DNA from: an uncultured Verrucomicrobiae bacterium
GTDB lineage: Bacteria; Verrucomicrobiota; Verrucomicrobiia; Chthoniobacterales; UBA10450
NCBI GenBank assembly: GCA_963834385.1
Contig: CAWIBO010000005.1
Coordinates: 64,001-128,000 of the forward strand
Direction of reading: 5' to 3'
DNA: 64,000 bases
Positions 49,461 through 59,041 of this stretch are shown here, one piece after another (the stretch's first letter is position 1; every line of letters starts with the position of its first letter). Under the pieces are notes generated by a model that saw nothing but the letters and a program-made list of their open reading frames with translations, ran no database searches and had not been told where the DNA came from. The position numbers and the translations under genes are program-made.

Positions 49461-49946
49461 TTGTCGCTTGTGCAAATCGCGCACCTTTATATTTCGCCCG
49501 GCCACAATTTCTTCGGCCACGCGGGCCGCCCCCCGGGCCAGCATCCGGCGGTCGCGGTTTCGTCGGTGGAATGCGTGGCGGGGCGCGGCCTCGAGGGCGA
49601 CCGCTTCCTTGATCACAAGAAGAACTACAAGGGACAGATCACCTTCTTTGCCGCGGAGGTGTTTGATGAACTTTGTGCCCGGTTCGGGGTGCACGACAAG
49701 GATCCATCGGTTTTGCGCCGGAACGTCATCACGCGCGGGCAGGACCTGAACAGGCTGATCGGGCAGGAGTTTGAGCTGCAGGGCGTGCTTTTGGCCGGGA
49801 TGGAGGAATGCCGCCCCTGTTTCTGGATGAACGAGGCTTTTGCCCCCGGCGCGGAGGAGTTCCTCAAGGGGCGCGGCGGTTTGCGGGCGCGAATTCTGAC
49901 CGACGGCTGCCTGCGAGTGACTGCGGAGCGGATGGCGTCGGCATGA
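49461..49946 (+). CDS. MOSC-domain protein
   Basis: GRGLEGDR, LRRNVIT, CRPCFWM, GRGGLRARIL. Confidence 0.88.
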   Translation: MSLVQIAHLYISPGHNFFGHAGRPPGQHPAVAVSSVECVAGRGLEGDRFLDHKKNYKGQITFFAAEVFDELCARFGVHDKDPSVLRRNVITRGQDLNRLIGQEFELQGVLLAGMEECRPCFWMNEAFAPGAEEFLKGRGGLRARILTDGCLRVTAERMASA

Positions 49947-50510
49947 TCCTCTCCGCGGTCCTTCTCACGGGCGGCGCCTCGCGTCGCATGGGGCGGGACA
50001 AGGCGGAGATGGACTGGCACGGCGAACCGCTCTGGCGGCGGCAGCTTCGGGTATTGGAGGAACTGGGACCAACGGAGGTTTTCGTTTCGGCGCGGACCGC
50101 GCCGCCCTGGCTTCCGGAAGGCGTTGAGTTCGTGGCCGACGAAGCGGAACCGCGCGGACCGCTGGGCGGAATGGCGGCTGTTTTCCGGAGGATGAAAGGC
50201 ACGCATCTTCTGGTGCTCGCGGTCGACATGCCCTTTATCACCATCGCCGACCTGCGTGCGGTGCTGGCACAATCAGGGGAAAAGCGCGGCGCCGTGCCGG
50301 TGGCGGGCGGAAGGGCGGAACCGCTGGCGGCGGTCTACCCGGCGGAAGCCGGCGACGAAGTGCAGAAGGCGCTGCAGGGAAACGATTTCTCGTTGCAACC
50401 GCTGATACAACGCCTGGCCGACCAAAACCTCATCACGCTGTGGCCGGTGCCCGGAGGAAAGAGCCGCGTCCTATCGCAGCATCAACACACCCGCGGATTT
50501 AGGAATTTAA
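49943..50510 (+). CDS. mobA: Molybdenum cofactor guanylyltransferase (frameshift near 3' end)
   Basis: LTGGASRRMGRDKA, GPLGG, AVDMP, EPLAAVY; SINTPAD in an adjacent frame. Confidence 0.88.
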
Positions 50511-50717
50511 TTAGGAAAGGAGGAAAGCAGGATGGGGACGGTAGCGTGAGTCGTGAATGGTGAATCGTGAATCGTGAATCGTGGAGGATCGAGCGCCGCT
50601 CACGGACCACGGTCGGTACCGCCATCCTCCATGTTCAATTCTCCATCCTCGTCTTCTCCTGGTTTCCTGGTTTCCAAATTAGAGCCCTTCTTCCTGTTTT
50701 CCTGCTTTCCTGATTCA
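50509..50717 (+). repeat. Mosaic repeat element H
   Basis: Inverted TTCCTG module, (CGTGAAT)n, ATCCTCC and TTCCTG modules. Confidence 0.85.
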
Positions 50718-53124
50718 TCCTGTTCCCCGAATGAGGTCGTCCACGGCGCGTTGAGTTCCCTGTTCCGAGGCCGGCGTGATGCGGATGACGACGCTTTTGC
50801 TGGCGGGGGTGTTGCTGCGAAGGGCGGTGTGGTTGAGCGGCACAAGGACGTTGGCTTCCGGGAAATAGGTCGCGGCGCAGCGCCGGGGAATCTGGAAGGG
50901 CGCGACCATGAACCCGCGCGCGACGCGTTCTTCGCCCTCGTGAATGCTGGTGAGATCGACCACCTGTCCCTGTTGCAGGCCGGCGGCGGAAACATCCTCG
51001 GGGTTCAGGAAAACCACCCGGCGTCCGCGATAAATGCCGCGGTAGCGATCGTTCAACCCATAAATCGTGGTGTTAAACTGGTCGTGACTCCGGATCGACA
51101 TCATGAGGTATTCCCCTTCGCCGAGGGAGACGGAGTCGAGCGGCGAAACAATGAAGCGGGCCTTGCCGGTGGCGGTGTGAAACCGGCGATGATCGCGCGC
51201 GGCATTGGGCAGATAGAAAACATCGCGTCGGATGCGCTCATTGAAGTTCTCGAACCCCGGCACCACCCGGGCGATGTGATCGCGGATCCGGTCGTAATTC
51301 CCCGCCAGCTCCTCCCAGTGCACCGTGCTCCGACCATCCAGGGTGGCGCGGGCCAGGCCGGCCACGATGGCGGGTTCGCTGCGCAAATTCCCCGAGGCCG
51401 GCTCGAGGTGTCCGCGGGACGGGCTGATGATGCCCATGGAATCCTCCACGGTGACGAATTGTTCGCCCGAGATCTGCCGATCAATCTCGGCCCGTCCGAG
51501 GCACGGCAGGATGAGGGCGATTTCGCCGGTGACCAGGTGTGACCGGTTCAACTTGGTCGAGACGTGCGCGGTGACCCGGCAGGATTGCAGGGCGCGGGCG
51601 GTGCCGTCGGTATCGGGCGCCGCGGAGAGAAAATTGCCGCCGAGACCGAAGAAGAAGCGGATGGCGCCGGCCTGCATCCGGCGAATGGTGTCGACGGTAT
51701 CGACCCCGTGCGCGCGCGGCGGATTGAAAGCGAACTCGGCTCCGAGCCGGTCGAGAAAAGCGTCGCTCATCTTTTCCCAGATCCCCATGGTCCGGTCGCC
51801 CTGGACGTTGGAATGTCCGCGGACGGGACAAGGCCCGGCGCCGGGGCGTCCGATGTGGCCGCCGAGAAGGAGAAAGTTCATCACCTCCTGAATGGTGGCG
51901 ACGGCGTTGCGGTGCTGGGTCAGGCCCATGGCCCAGCAACAAATGATGCGCTTCGCCTTCATCGCGATGTCGGCGGCGGCCCGGATCTGGTCGCGGGTGA
52001 GACCGCTCCCGGAGAGGATTTCGGGCCAGGGCGTGGCGCGGGCGTGCTCGAGGTATTCCGCAAACCCGGAGGTGTGTTCGCGGATGAACTCGTGGTCAAA
52101 GACCGTCCCGGGGGCTCGTTCCTCGGCTTCGATCATCTCCCTGACCATCCCGCGGAGGGCCGCGAGATCGCCGTTGATCCGGATGGGCAGCCAGAGATCG
52201 CTGATGGCGCGTGCCGCGGTTCAGCAGCATTTTCGCCGGATACTTGAGGATGTTGCGATACTCCTGCGGGTTCGGGTTGACCACCTCCATCAGGCCGGGT
52301 TCGGGGAGGGGATTGAGAGCGACGATGCGGGCTCCGTTTCGTTTTGCCTCCTCCAGCGTGCTCAGCATGCGCGGATGATTGGTGCCCGGGTTTTGTCCCA
52401 GGATGAAGATCGCGTCCGCCTGCGCGAAATCCGAGAGCTTCACGCAGCCTTTGCCGACGCCGATGCTTTCGCCGAGCGCTTCGCCGCTCGATTCGTGGCA
52501 CATGTTCGAGCAGTCCGGCAGGTTGTTGGTGCCGAATTGGCGCACGAAGAGCTGGTAAAGAAACGCGGCCTCGTTGCTGGTGCGTCCGCTGGTGTAGAAG
52601 GCCGCCGCGTCCGGCGACGGCAGCGCGTTTAGCTCCCGGCCGAGAAGGGCAAAGGCTTCATCCCACGCGATTGGCTGGTAATGCGAAGCGCCGGCCCGTT
52701 TCACCATGGGCTCCACCAGGCGCCCCTGTTGCTCGAGCCAGTAATCGCTCCGCTCCCGCAGGTCGGCCAGGCTGTGCTCGCGAAAAAATTCCGCGCCGAT
52801 GTGCCGTCGCGTCGTTTCGCTCGCGATGGCCTTGGCGCCGTTCTCGCAGAATTCAAAGATGTTGCGATCGTGATCGGGACTCGGCCAGGCGCAGCTCTGG
52901 CAATCGAAGCCCTCCTTCTTGTTCACTTTCAGCCAGGTGCCGAGGCCGCGGAGCAGGCCGGTCTCGCGGGTGGCAAAGCGCAGGCTTTCGATGATTGCCT
53001 TGAGCCCGGCCGCGACGCGATGCGGTTCCTTCTGCCGCGGGGCGGTGGTTTCCGCCGGGGTGCGACCGGAGGCAAGACCTTTCGCGTGGTCTCCCGCCCT
53101 TTCCCGGCCGTTGGCGTCCTGCAT
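50715..53124 (-). CDS. FdhF/YdeP-family molybdopterin oxidoreductase (frameshift near 52200)
   Basis: GFDCQSCAWP, EFCENGAKA, NNLPDCSNMCHE, RGHSNVQGDRTMG, RSHDQFNTTIYG. Confidence 0.92.
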
Positions 53125-53290
53125 TCGGAAAGAATATCTGAAAATAGGAAGATGTGGAGGGCGGGGAGGCAGGAGCGGCGGCCGGGCGGGGTGGAAGAGG
53201 CTTGCGCTCAGGCCCGGCGGTCCGGTAACCTGAGGAAGCAATCCGGCGGCGCGAGGGCGGAGCATCAACCGCTAACCGAAAGGAGTTCGT

Positions 53291-54637
53291 ATGAATCGTA
53301 TCTTCCTGCGCAGAATATGGATGGTCGCTCTGACCCTGCTTGTCCTGGGGGTCGCCCCGGGGCGCGTGCCTGCGGACGAGACCTGTTCCTCGCCTTATCT
53401 CGCCCGCATCGATGGGCAGGAAGAGTTTGTCTACGTCTGGACGTTGGGCGTCGAGGGTCTGGGCGATGGCTCGGACAAATTGGTGACCGTCGACGTCCGG
53501 CCGGGCTCGGAGACCTACGGAAAGGTGATTCATCAGCATTCCGTGGGCGGAAGGAACGAGGCGCACCACGGCGGGTTTACCGATGATCGCCGCCAGCTCT
53601 GGCTGGCCGGGCTGGAGAGCAGCCGGATTTTCATCTACGACGTCTACGGCGACCCGGCGAAACCGAAGTTCGTGCGGAGCATTGACGATCTGGCGGCGGC
53701 GAGCGGCGGGGCGATCGGACCGCATGGTGTGTATGCGCTCCCGGGACGCGTGTTGATCCCCTGTCTCTCCAACGCGAAGGAGAAGAACGGGCGGACGGCG
53801 CTGGTGGAATACGGGAACGACGGCAACTTCATCGCGACCCATTGGCTGCCGACAAAGGGATCAGCGGAAGGTCTGGCCGGGGCGGAGCATGCCGATGGCT
53901 ACGGTTATGACGCGCGGGTCCTGCCCCGCAAAAACCTGCTCCTGACCTCCTCTTTCACCGGCTGGAACAATTACACGCGGGATTTTGGCGCCCTGACGGC
54001 GGATGCGGCAGCGATGAAACAGTTCGGGAACACCATGGTGGCGTGGAATTTTCACACACGGAAACCGGAGAAGGTTTTCCATGTCCCCGGCGCGCCCCTT
54101 GAGATTCGCTGGGCCTGGGGGCGGGACCACAATTATGCCTTCACCGCGGCGGCGCTCACCTCCAGGCTCTGGCTGATCTATGAGGACAATAAGGGAGAAT
54201 GGCAGGCGAGCGAGACGGGCACGGTGGGAAACACGGAAACGGGCGTCCTGCCGGTCGACATCAGCCTGAGCGCCGATGACAAGACGCTCTTTGTCAGTTG
54301 TTTCGCCGACGGCAAATGCCGGGTTTACGATGTCTCCGATCCGCACCGGCCGAAACAGATCCTGGAGAAGGAGATCGGGCGCCAGGTCAACATGGTCTCG
54401 CAAAGCTGGGACGGGAAACGTCTCTACTTCACCAGTTCCGTCCTGGCGAGATGGGACAAGAAAGGGAAGGACAACGACCAGTTTCTGCGCGCCTACACCT
54501 GGAACGGGAAGGATCTGACGCCGACGTTTGCGCTTGATTTCAATGGTTTGAAGCTGGGCCGGCCCCACCACATGCTCTTTGGCGCGCGCAAGCTGGGCGC
54601 ACCGCGGCTGGACGCGAACGTGGCCTCGAACCAGTGA
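53291..54637 (+). CDS. mtoX: SBP56-family protein, probable methanethiol oxidase
   Basis: Signal peptide then DETCSSPY, EAHHGG, GPHG, FTGW, SWDGKRLYFTSS..ARWDK, PHHM. Confidence 0.85.
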   Translation: MNRIFLRRIWMVALTLLVLGVAPGRVPADETCSSPYLARIDGQEEFVYVWTLGVEGLGDGSDKLVTVDVRPGSETYGKVIHQHSVGGRNEAHHGGFTDDRRQLWLAGLESSRIFIYDVYGDPAKPKFVRSIDDLAAASGGAIGPHGVYALPGRVLIPCLSNAKEKNGRTALVEYGNDGNFIATHWLPTKGSAEGLAGAEHADGYGYDARVLPRKNLLLTSSFTGWNNYTRDFGALTADAAAMKQFGNTMVAWNFHTRKPEKVFHVPGAPLEIRWAWGRDHNYAFTAAALTSRLWLIYEDNKGEWQASETGTVGNTETGVLPVDISLSADDKTLFVSCFADGKCRVYDVSDPHRPKQILEKEIGRQVNMVSQSWDGKRLYFTSSVLARWDKKGKDNDQFLRAYTWNGKDLTPTFALDFNGLKLGRPHHMLFGARKLGAPRLDANVASNQ

Positions 54638-55329
54638 TTCTTTTTCCTCTATCCGCCCGGGCGGGCACGGTGGCCATGGGCCTGGCGCTCGCGCTGGGAG
54701 TCGCCGCCCAGGCCGGCGCGGAAGATGCGGGGAGCGGACGTCACCCGGATTTCGATTACGATCCGCCCTCGCCCGGTAGCTACGAACTTCCGGTGATCAA
54801 GACGGCCGCGGACGCTCCGTTGCGGGATGTCAGCAGCGCGCCGGTGCGGCTCCGGGAACTGACGGGCGGGCATGTCACCGTCCTGAGTTTCATCTACACG
54901 CGCTGCGGCGATGCGCGCGCCTGCCCCTACGCCTCGAGCGTTTTGAATGATCTGCACCAGGTCACCCGTGGCGATCCCGCGCTGGCCCGGAGCTTGCGCC
55001 TGCTTAGCGTCAGCTTTGATCCGGCGCACGATACCCCGGAACGCATGGCGGCCTACGGCGAGGCGGTGCGCGACGCCGGGGGCGGATGTGATTGGCGCTT
55101 CCTCACGCCGCGTTCCCTGGCCGATCTCCCCGGCCTGCTCATGGCCTACAATCAGAGCGTCAACAAAGCCACAGCCTCGCAACGGGCTGCCGGGCCGCTC
55201 TTTCACACCCTGCGCGTTTACCTCATCGACCGCGAACGCCGCATCCGAAACATCTACAGCTCGGGCACGCTCGACGGGCGCCTCCTCCTCTCCGACATCC
55301 GCACTCTTCTTCTCGAAGAGGTGCGGTAA
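54634..55329 (+). CDS. SCO/SenC copper chaperone family protein
   Basis: FIYTRC....ACP, SFDPAHDTPE, HTLRVYLID. Confidence 0.9.
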   Translation: MILFPLSARAGTVAMGLALALGVAAQAGAEDAGSGRHPDFDYDPPSPGSYELPVIKTAADAPLRDVSSAPVRLRELTGGHVTVLSFIYTRCGDARACPYASSVLNDLHQVTRGDPALARSLRLLSVSFDPAHDTPERMAAYGEAVRDAGGGCDWRFLTPRSLADLPGLLMAYNQSVNKATASQRAAGPLFHTLRVYLIDRERRIRNIYSSGTLDGRLLLSDIRTLLLEEVR

Positions 55330-55689
55330 TCAGAGGTCGACGATTGCCTTGAACCCGCCCCAGGCCATGCGGGCGCAGTCGAACGGCAGCTTGCTCATGT
55401 CCATCATGCCCGCCATCCGCTTGTCTTCCCGGACGCACTTGTTCACCCGGTCGCGGTCACGGCGTGATTTATAACTGATGCAGGCGAAGACGATCGTCTC
55501 CCCGGCGCGCGGTTTGACCAGGCGGGGAAAGGGAAGGCCGACCGGCACCTTCAGGTCGTCGGCGACACACTCGCAATACTGCAGCGCGCCATGATCGCGG
55601 AAAATCTTCCCCGCTTTCCGGGCCAGCCGACGGTAGACCGGCAGGTTCTTTTTCAGGACGGGGAGAAGAAAGGCGTCGTAGTAGGCCAT
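55330..55689 (-). CDS. DUF1428-family protein
   Basis: YYDAFLLPV...HGALQYCEC..DD...PFDCARMAWGGF. Confidence 0.9.
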   Translation of the reverse strand: MAYYDAFLLPVLKKNLPVYRRLARKAGKIFRDHGALQYCECVADDLKVPVGLPFPRLVKPRAGETIVFACISYKSRRDRDRVNKCVREDKRMAGMMDMSKLPFDCARMAWGGFKAIVDL

Positions 55690-55719
55690 CTCTCTTTCTG
55701 CGGGAAATTCGTGTGGCGG

Positions 55720-56400
55720 TCAATCGCGCCGGCGCGGTTCGCCCCAGCCGCCAGCGCCGCGATAGCTGCGAGCCCCAGTCAGGGCGAGCTGCTCGAGGCC
55801 GGGATCGAACTCGCGCGTCTTGCACCAGATCTTGAGCTCGTCGCCAAACCCGGCTTGGACGCAATCGTAACAGGCGGGAACCTCGTTTGCGTAACCGCCA
55901 TAAGTGGCGACGCGGGTCCCGAGGGGCCGACCGCCCAGTTGCGCGGCGAGATGCCGCGTGTAGCGGGAACGCAACCCCGGTTCGAGCGGAATTGTCCGGT
56001 CGATCACCGGGCCGCCAAATGAATGTTCCGTGAACGGATTGAAGAGATAGAACGCGTCGTAGTGGGAAAAATCGACCTCGAGCATGTTGGCGTGGCGGAA
56101 GGTGACGTTCTCCAGGCGGAGCTGGGTGGCTGTGGCCCGTGCGATCCTAATCAACTCTGCCCGTTGCTCGATTCCGGTGAAATGGCCGGCGGTGGACGCT
56201 GCCCCGGCGAGACAGAACTTGCCCGGGCCGCAGCCCACGTCGAGGACACGGCAGCCGGGGCGATCGACCAGCTCGCGCGCCGCCGCCGTGGCCACTTCCA
56301 GGGGAGTCCAAAAAGTCTTCGAGAGGGCGCGGAGATGTTCCGGATAGAGCGCATCGAACGATCGGTCGTCGACCGGAAAGGCTGTTTCCGTCGTGGTCAC
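55720..56400 (-). CDS. Class I SAM-dependent methyltransferase
   Basis: VLDVGCGPGKF, FYLFNPF. Confidence 0.88.
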   Translation of the reverse strand: MTTTETAFPVDDRSFDALYPEHLRALSKTFWTPLEVATAAARELVDRPGCRVLDVGCGPGKFCLAGAASTAGHFTGIEQRAELIRIARATATQLRLENVTFRHANMLEVDFSHYDAFYLFNPFTEHSFGGPVIDRTIPLEPGLRSRYTRHLAAQLGGRPLGTRVATYGGYANEVPACYDCVQAGFGDELKIWCKTREFDPGLEQLALTGARSYRGAGGWGEPRRRD

Positions 56401-57449
56401 GGCAGACGAAGGAATTCGCGCACGGTCCCGGCGAGCAGTTGCTCCGCCGTGCCGGGCTCCAGGTCTCTCATCGACTCAATCAGCGCCCCCGGCCGTGCTT
56501 CGCCGAGCGGGAACGGGTAATCCGAGCCGAGGGCGATGCGTTCCGCGCCGAAAAGCTCCAGGAGCATGCGGAGCGCCCCGGCGTCGTGCACCAGCGAATC
56601 GACATAAAAGTGCGCCGGGCGAGAGACGCCCCCTACCTCCCGCCGCAGGTAGGAGCGGGGATTCACCTGGTTATCGACGGCAACAAGGTCGGGCCGCACG
56701 TGGAAGGCGTGCTCGAGCCGGCCGATGGTAAAAGGGAAGCCGCCGCCGCCGTGCGCGAAGGCGACGCGCAACTTCGGGAAACGCTCGAAGACGCCGCCGA
56801 ACATCATGCTGCAGATGGCGAGCGCGGTCTCGGCCGGCATCCCGACCAGCCAGGGCAGCCAGTAATTTGGCATGCGTTCCTTCCCGACCATGTCCCACGG
56901 GTGCACGAAGATGGCGGCGTCCAGCTCCTGCGCCGCGCTCCAGAAGACATCGAGGGCGCGATCATCCAGGTTGCGGCACCCGCCCGGATGGCAATGAACA
57001 TTGGCGTCGAGGTGCGACCCGATCTGTGCGCCCCGCAGGCCGAGTTCGCGCACGGCCCGCTCCAGTTCGCGCGCCGCCCGTTCCGGGTCCTGCAGCGGCA
57101 CCGTGGCCAGGCCGGCGAATTTTTCGGGGAATGCGCCGACGATTTCCGCGAGGTGATCGTTCAGGAAGCGCGCGAGATCAGCGGCGTCGTCTGGTTTGGC
57201 CCAGTAGGAGAACATCACCGGCACCGTCGACAGGACCTGCATGGCCACACCGGTTTCCTGCATCTCTTCGCAGCGCCGTTCCGGGTCCCACGCGTTCTCG
57301 CCGATCTCCCGGAAGAACCGGTCACCGATCATCATCCGCGCGCAGCACGGTTTGTGATGCTCGAGGCGGACGAACCCGGGATAGCCATAGCGGGCGTCGA
57401 GATCCGGCCATTCCCGCGGGAGAATGTGCGTATGGAGATCGATTTTCAC
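56397..57449 (-). CDS. nbaD: 2-amino-3-carboxymuconate-6-semialdehyde decarboxylase (ACMSD)
   Basis: IDLHTH, LSTVPVMFSYW, FVHPWDM, WLPWLVGMPAET, GSDYPFPLGE. Confidence 0.93.
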   Translation of the reverse strand: MKIDLHTHILPREWPDLDARYGYPGFVRLEHHKPCCARMMIGDRFFREIGENAWDPERRCEEMQETGVAMQVLSTVPVMFSYWAKPDDAADLARFLNDHLAEIVGAFPEKFAGLATVPLQDPERAARELERAVRELGLRGAQIGSHLDANVHCHPGGCRNLDDRALDVFWSAAQELDAAIFVHPWDMVGKERMPNYWLPWLVGMPAETALAICSMMFGGVFERFPKLRVAFAHGGGGFPFTIGRLEHAFHVRPDLVAVDNQVNPRSYLRREVGGVSRPAHFYVDSLVHDAGALRMLLELFGAERIALGSDYPFPLGEARPGALIESMRDLEPGTAEQLLAGTVREFLRLP

Positions 57450-57551
57450 GGGCCGAAAGAGCTATTTAGCCCGCCCGGACGGCATCGCACCAGAAGAGAA
57501 TATTGTCGGCGCTGGACAAGGCGCCCGGGGCCGGGCAGAGTGCCGCGCCCG

Positions 57552-57632
57552 ATGATCACTCGATCCGATTCCCAGCTCCAGCTTGCGGCCGGCACGGTCC
57601 GCCCGGGAATCGCCGGATACTGGCGTCGCTAA
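57552..57632 (+). CDS. Candidate Trp leader peptide MITRSDSQLQLAAGTVRPGIAGYWRR
   Basis: 26-codon ORF ending YWRR-stop, 116 nt upstream of kynU-trpDCFBA. Confidence 0.5.
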   Translation: MITRSDSQLQLAAGTVRPGIAGYWRR

Positions 57633-57744
57633 CGCCAGCCCGCAGAGAAGCGTCCGTCCGCCTGGTGGACGCGAACCACTGCCCAGAGACCATCCGCCGC
57701 GGCCGGCCCGGCTGCGGGAACTGCAATCCTTTGTCCCGTTTTTT
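57620..57744 (+). promoter_or_regulatory. Candidate Trp attenuator
   Basis: CTGGCGT/ACGCCAG hairpin over the Trp codon; CCCGCAG/CTGCGGG antiterminator; CGGGA...TCCCG followed by T6. Confidence 0.5.
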
Positions 57745-57748
57745 ACCC

Positions 57749-59041
57749 ATGTCATCCATTCCATCCTTATCCGCCGCCCTCGAGCTCGACAGCGCCGATC
57801 CGCTGGCCGGGTTTCGCGAGCGCTTTTATCTCCCGCCCGGCCAGATCTACCTCGACGGTAATTCGCTGGGCCTCCTTTCCCGCGAGGCCGAGCAAACGCT
57901 CATGGAGGTCTTCGGGAAATGGAAAACCGGCGGCATCAGCGGCTGGCTCGAGGGTGAGTCGCCCTGGTTCACCATGGCCGAGACCCTGGCCGCGCGCGTC
58001 GCTCCCCTCGTCGGCGCCGCGGCGGATGAGGTGGCCCTGGCCAATTCCATGACGATCAACCTGCACCAGCTCCTGGCCACGCTCTATCGCCCGGAGGCGC
58101 CGCGGAAGAAGGTGTTGATCGACGCGCACAGTTTTCCGACTGATCGCTACGCGCTCCGCAGTCATCTGCGTCTGCGCGGGCTCGACCCGGAAGAACACAT
58201 CGTGATCGCGCCGGCGGGCCGCTCGCGGTTCCTGGACGAGGATGAACTGGTGCGCGCGCTGGCGCAGCCCGGCCTGCAAATGGCCTTGTTGCCTTCCGTG
58301 GTTTACACCACCGGGCAGTTGCTCGATCTGCCGCGGCTTTGCCGGGTGGCCCGCGAGCACGACGTCATCATCGGGCTCGATCTCTCGCACTCTGTCGGCA
58401 TCCTGCCGCACGCACTGGATGAATGGGGCGCCGATTTTGCCGGGTGGGGCCACTATAAATGGTTGAACGCCGGGCCTGGCTCTGTCGCCGGCCTTTATCT
58501 GAACCGCCGGCATTTTGCCGCCAACGGCATGGTGGACGCCGGGCTGGCCGGCTGGTGGAGCGTGCACAAGGAAAGCATGTTCAACATGTCGGACGAATTT
58601 TTTCCGGGTCTCGGGGCTTCGGCGCTGCAGATCGGGACGCCGGCCCTGTTGAGCATGGCGCCCATCGGCGGCGCCTTGCGCCCGGTGGAGGAGGCCGGGA
58701 TCGAGCGGATCCGGGCCAAATCGATTGCGCTGACGGAGTTCATCATGTCGGCGGTCGAGCAGGAGCTTGCCGGGGAGGGTTTCCGTTTGGGGACGCCCCG
58801 CGAAGCAAAACGCCGGGGCGGTCATGTCTCCGTGCGGCATGAGCAGGCGCAGGCACTTTCGCTGGCCTTGCGTGAGCGCGGCGTTGTGCCCGATTTCCGC
58901 AAGCCGGATGTCATCCGTTTCGCGCCATCGCCGCTCTACAACACCTTTGCGGAATGCTGGGAAGCGATCGCGATCCTGAAAGAGATCGCGACCAGCGGGT
59001 CCCATGAGGCCTTCAGCGCCGCGCGCAGCCTGGTCACATGA
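57749..59041 (+). CDS. kynU: Kynureninase
   Basis: IYLDGNSLGL, DLSHSVG, YKWLNAGPG, RGGHVS, DFRKPDVIR. Confidence 0.95.
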   Translation: MSSIPSLSAALELDSADPLAGFRERFYLPPGQIYLDGNSLGLLSREAEQTLMEVFGKWKTGGISGWLEGESPWFTMAETLAARVAPLVGAAADEVALANSMTINLHQLLATLYRPEAPRKKVLIDAHSFPTDRYALRSHLRLRGLDPEEHIVIAPAGRSRFLDEDELVRALAQPGLQMALLPSVVYTTGQLLDLPRLCRVAREHDVIIGLDLSHSVGILPHALDEWGADFAGWGHYKWLNAGPGSVAGLYLNRRHFAANGMVDAGLAGWWSVHKESMFNMSDEFFPGLGASALQIGTPALLSMAPIGGALRPVEEAGIERIRAKSIALTEFIMSAVEQELAGEGFRLGTPREAKRRGGHVSVRHEQAQALSLALRERGVVPDFRKPDVIRFAPSPLYNTFAECWEAIAILKEIATSGSHEAFSAARSLVT

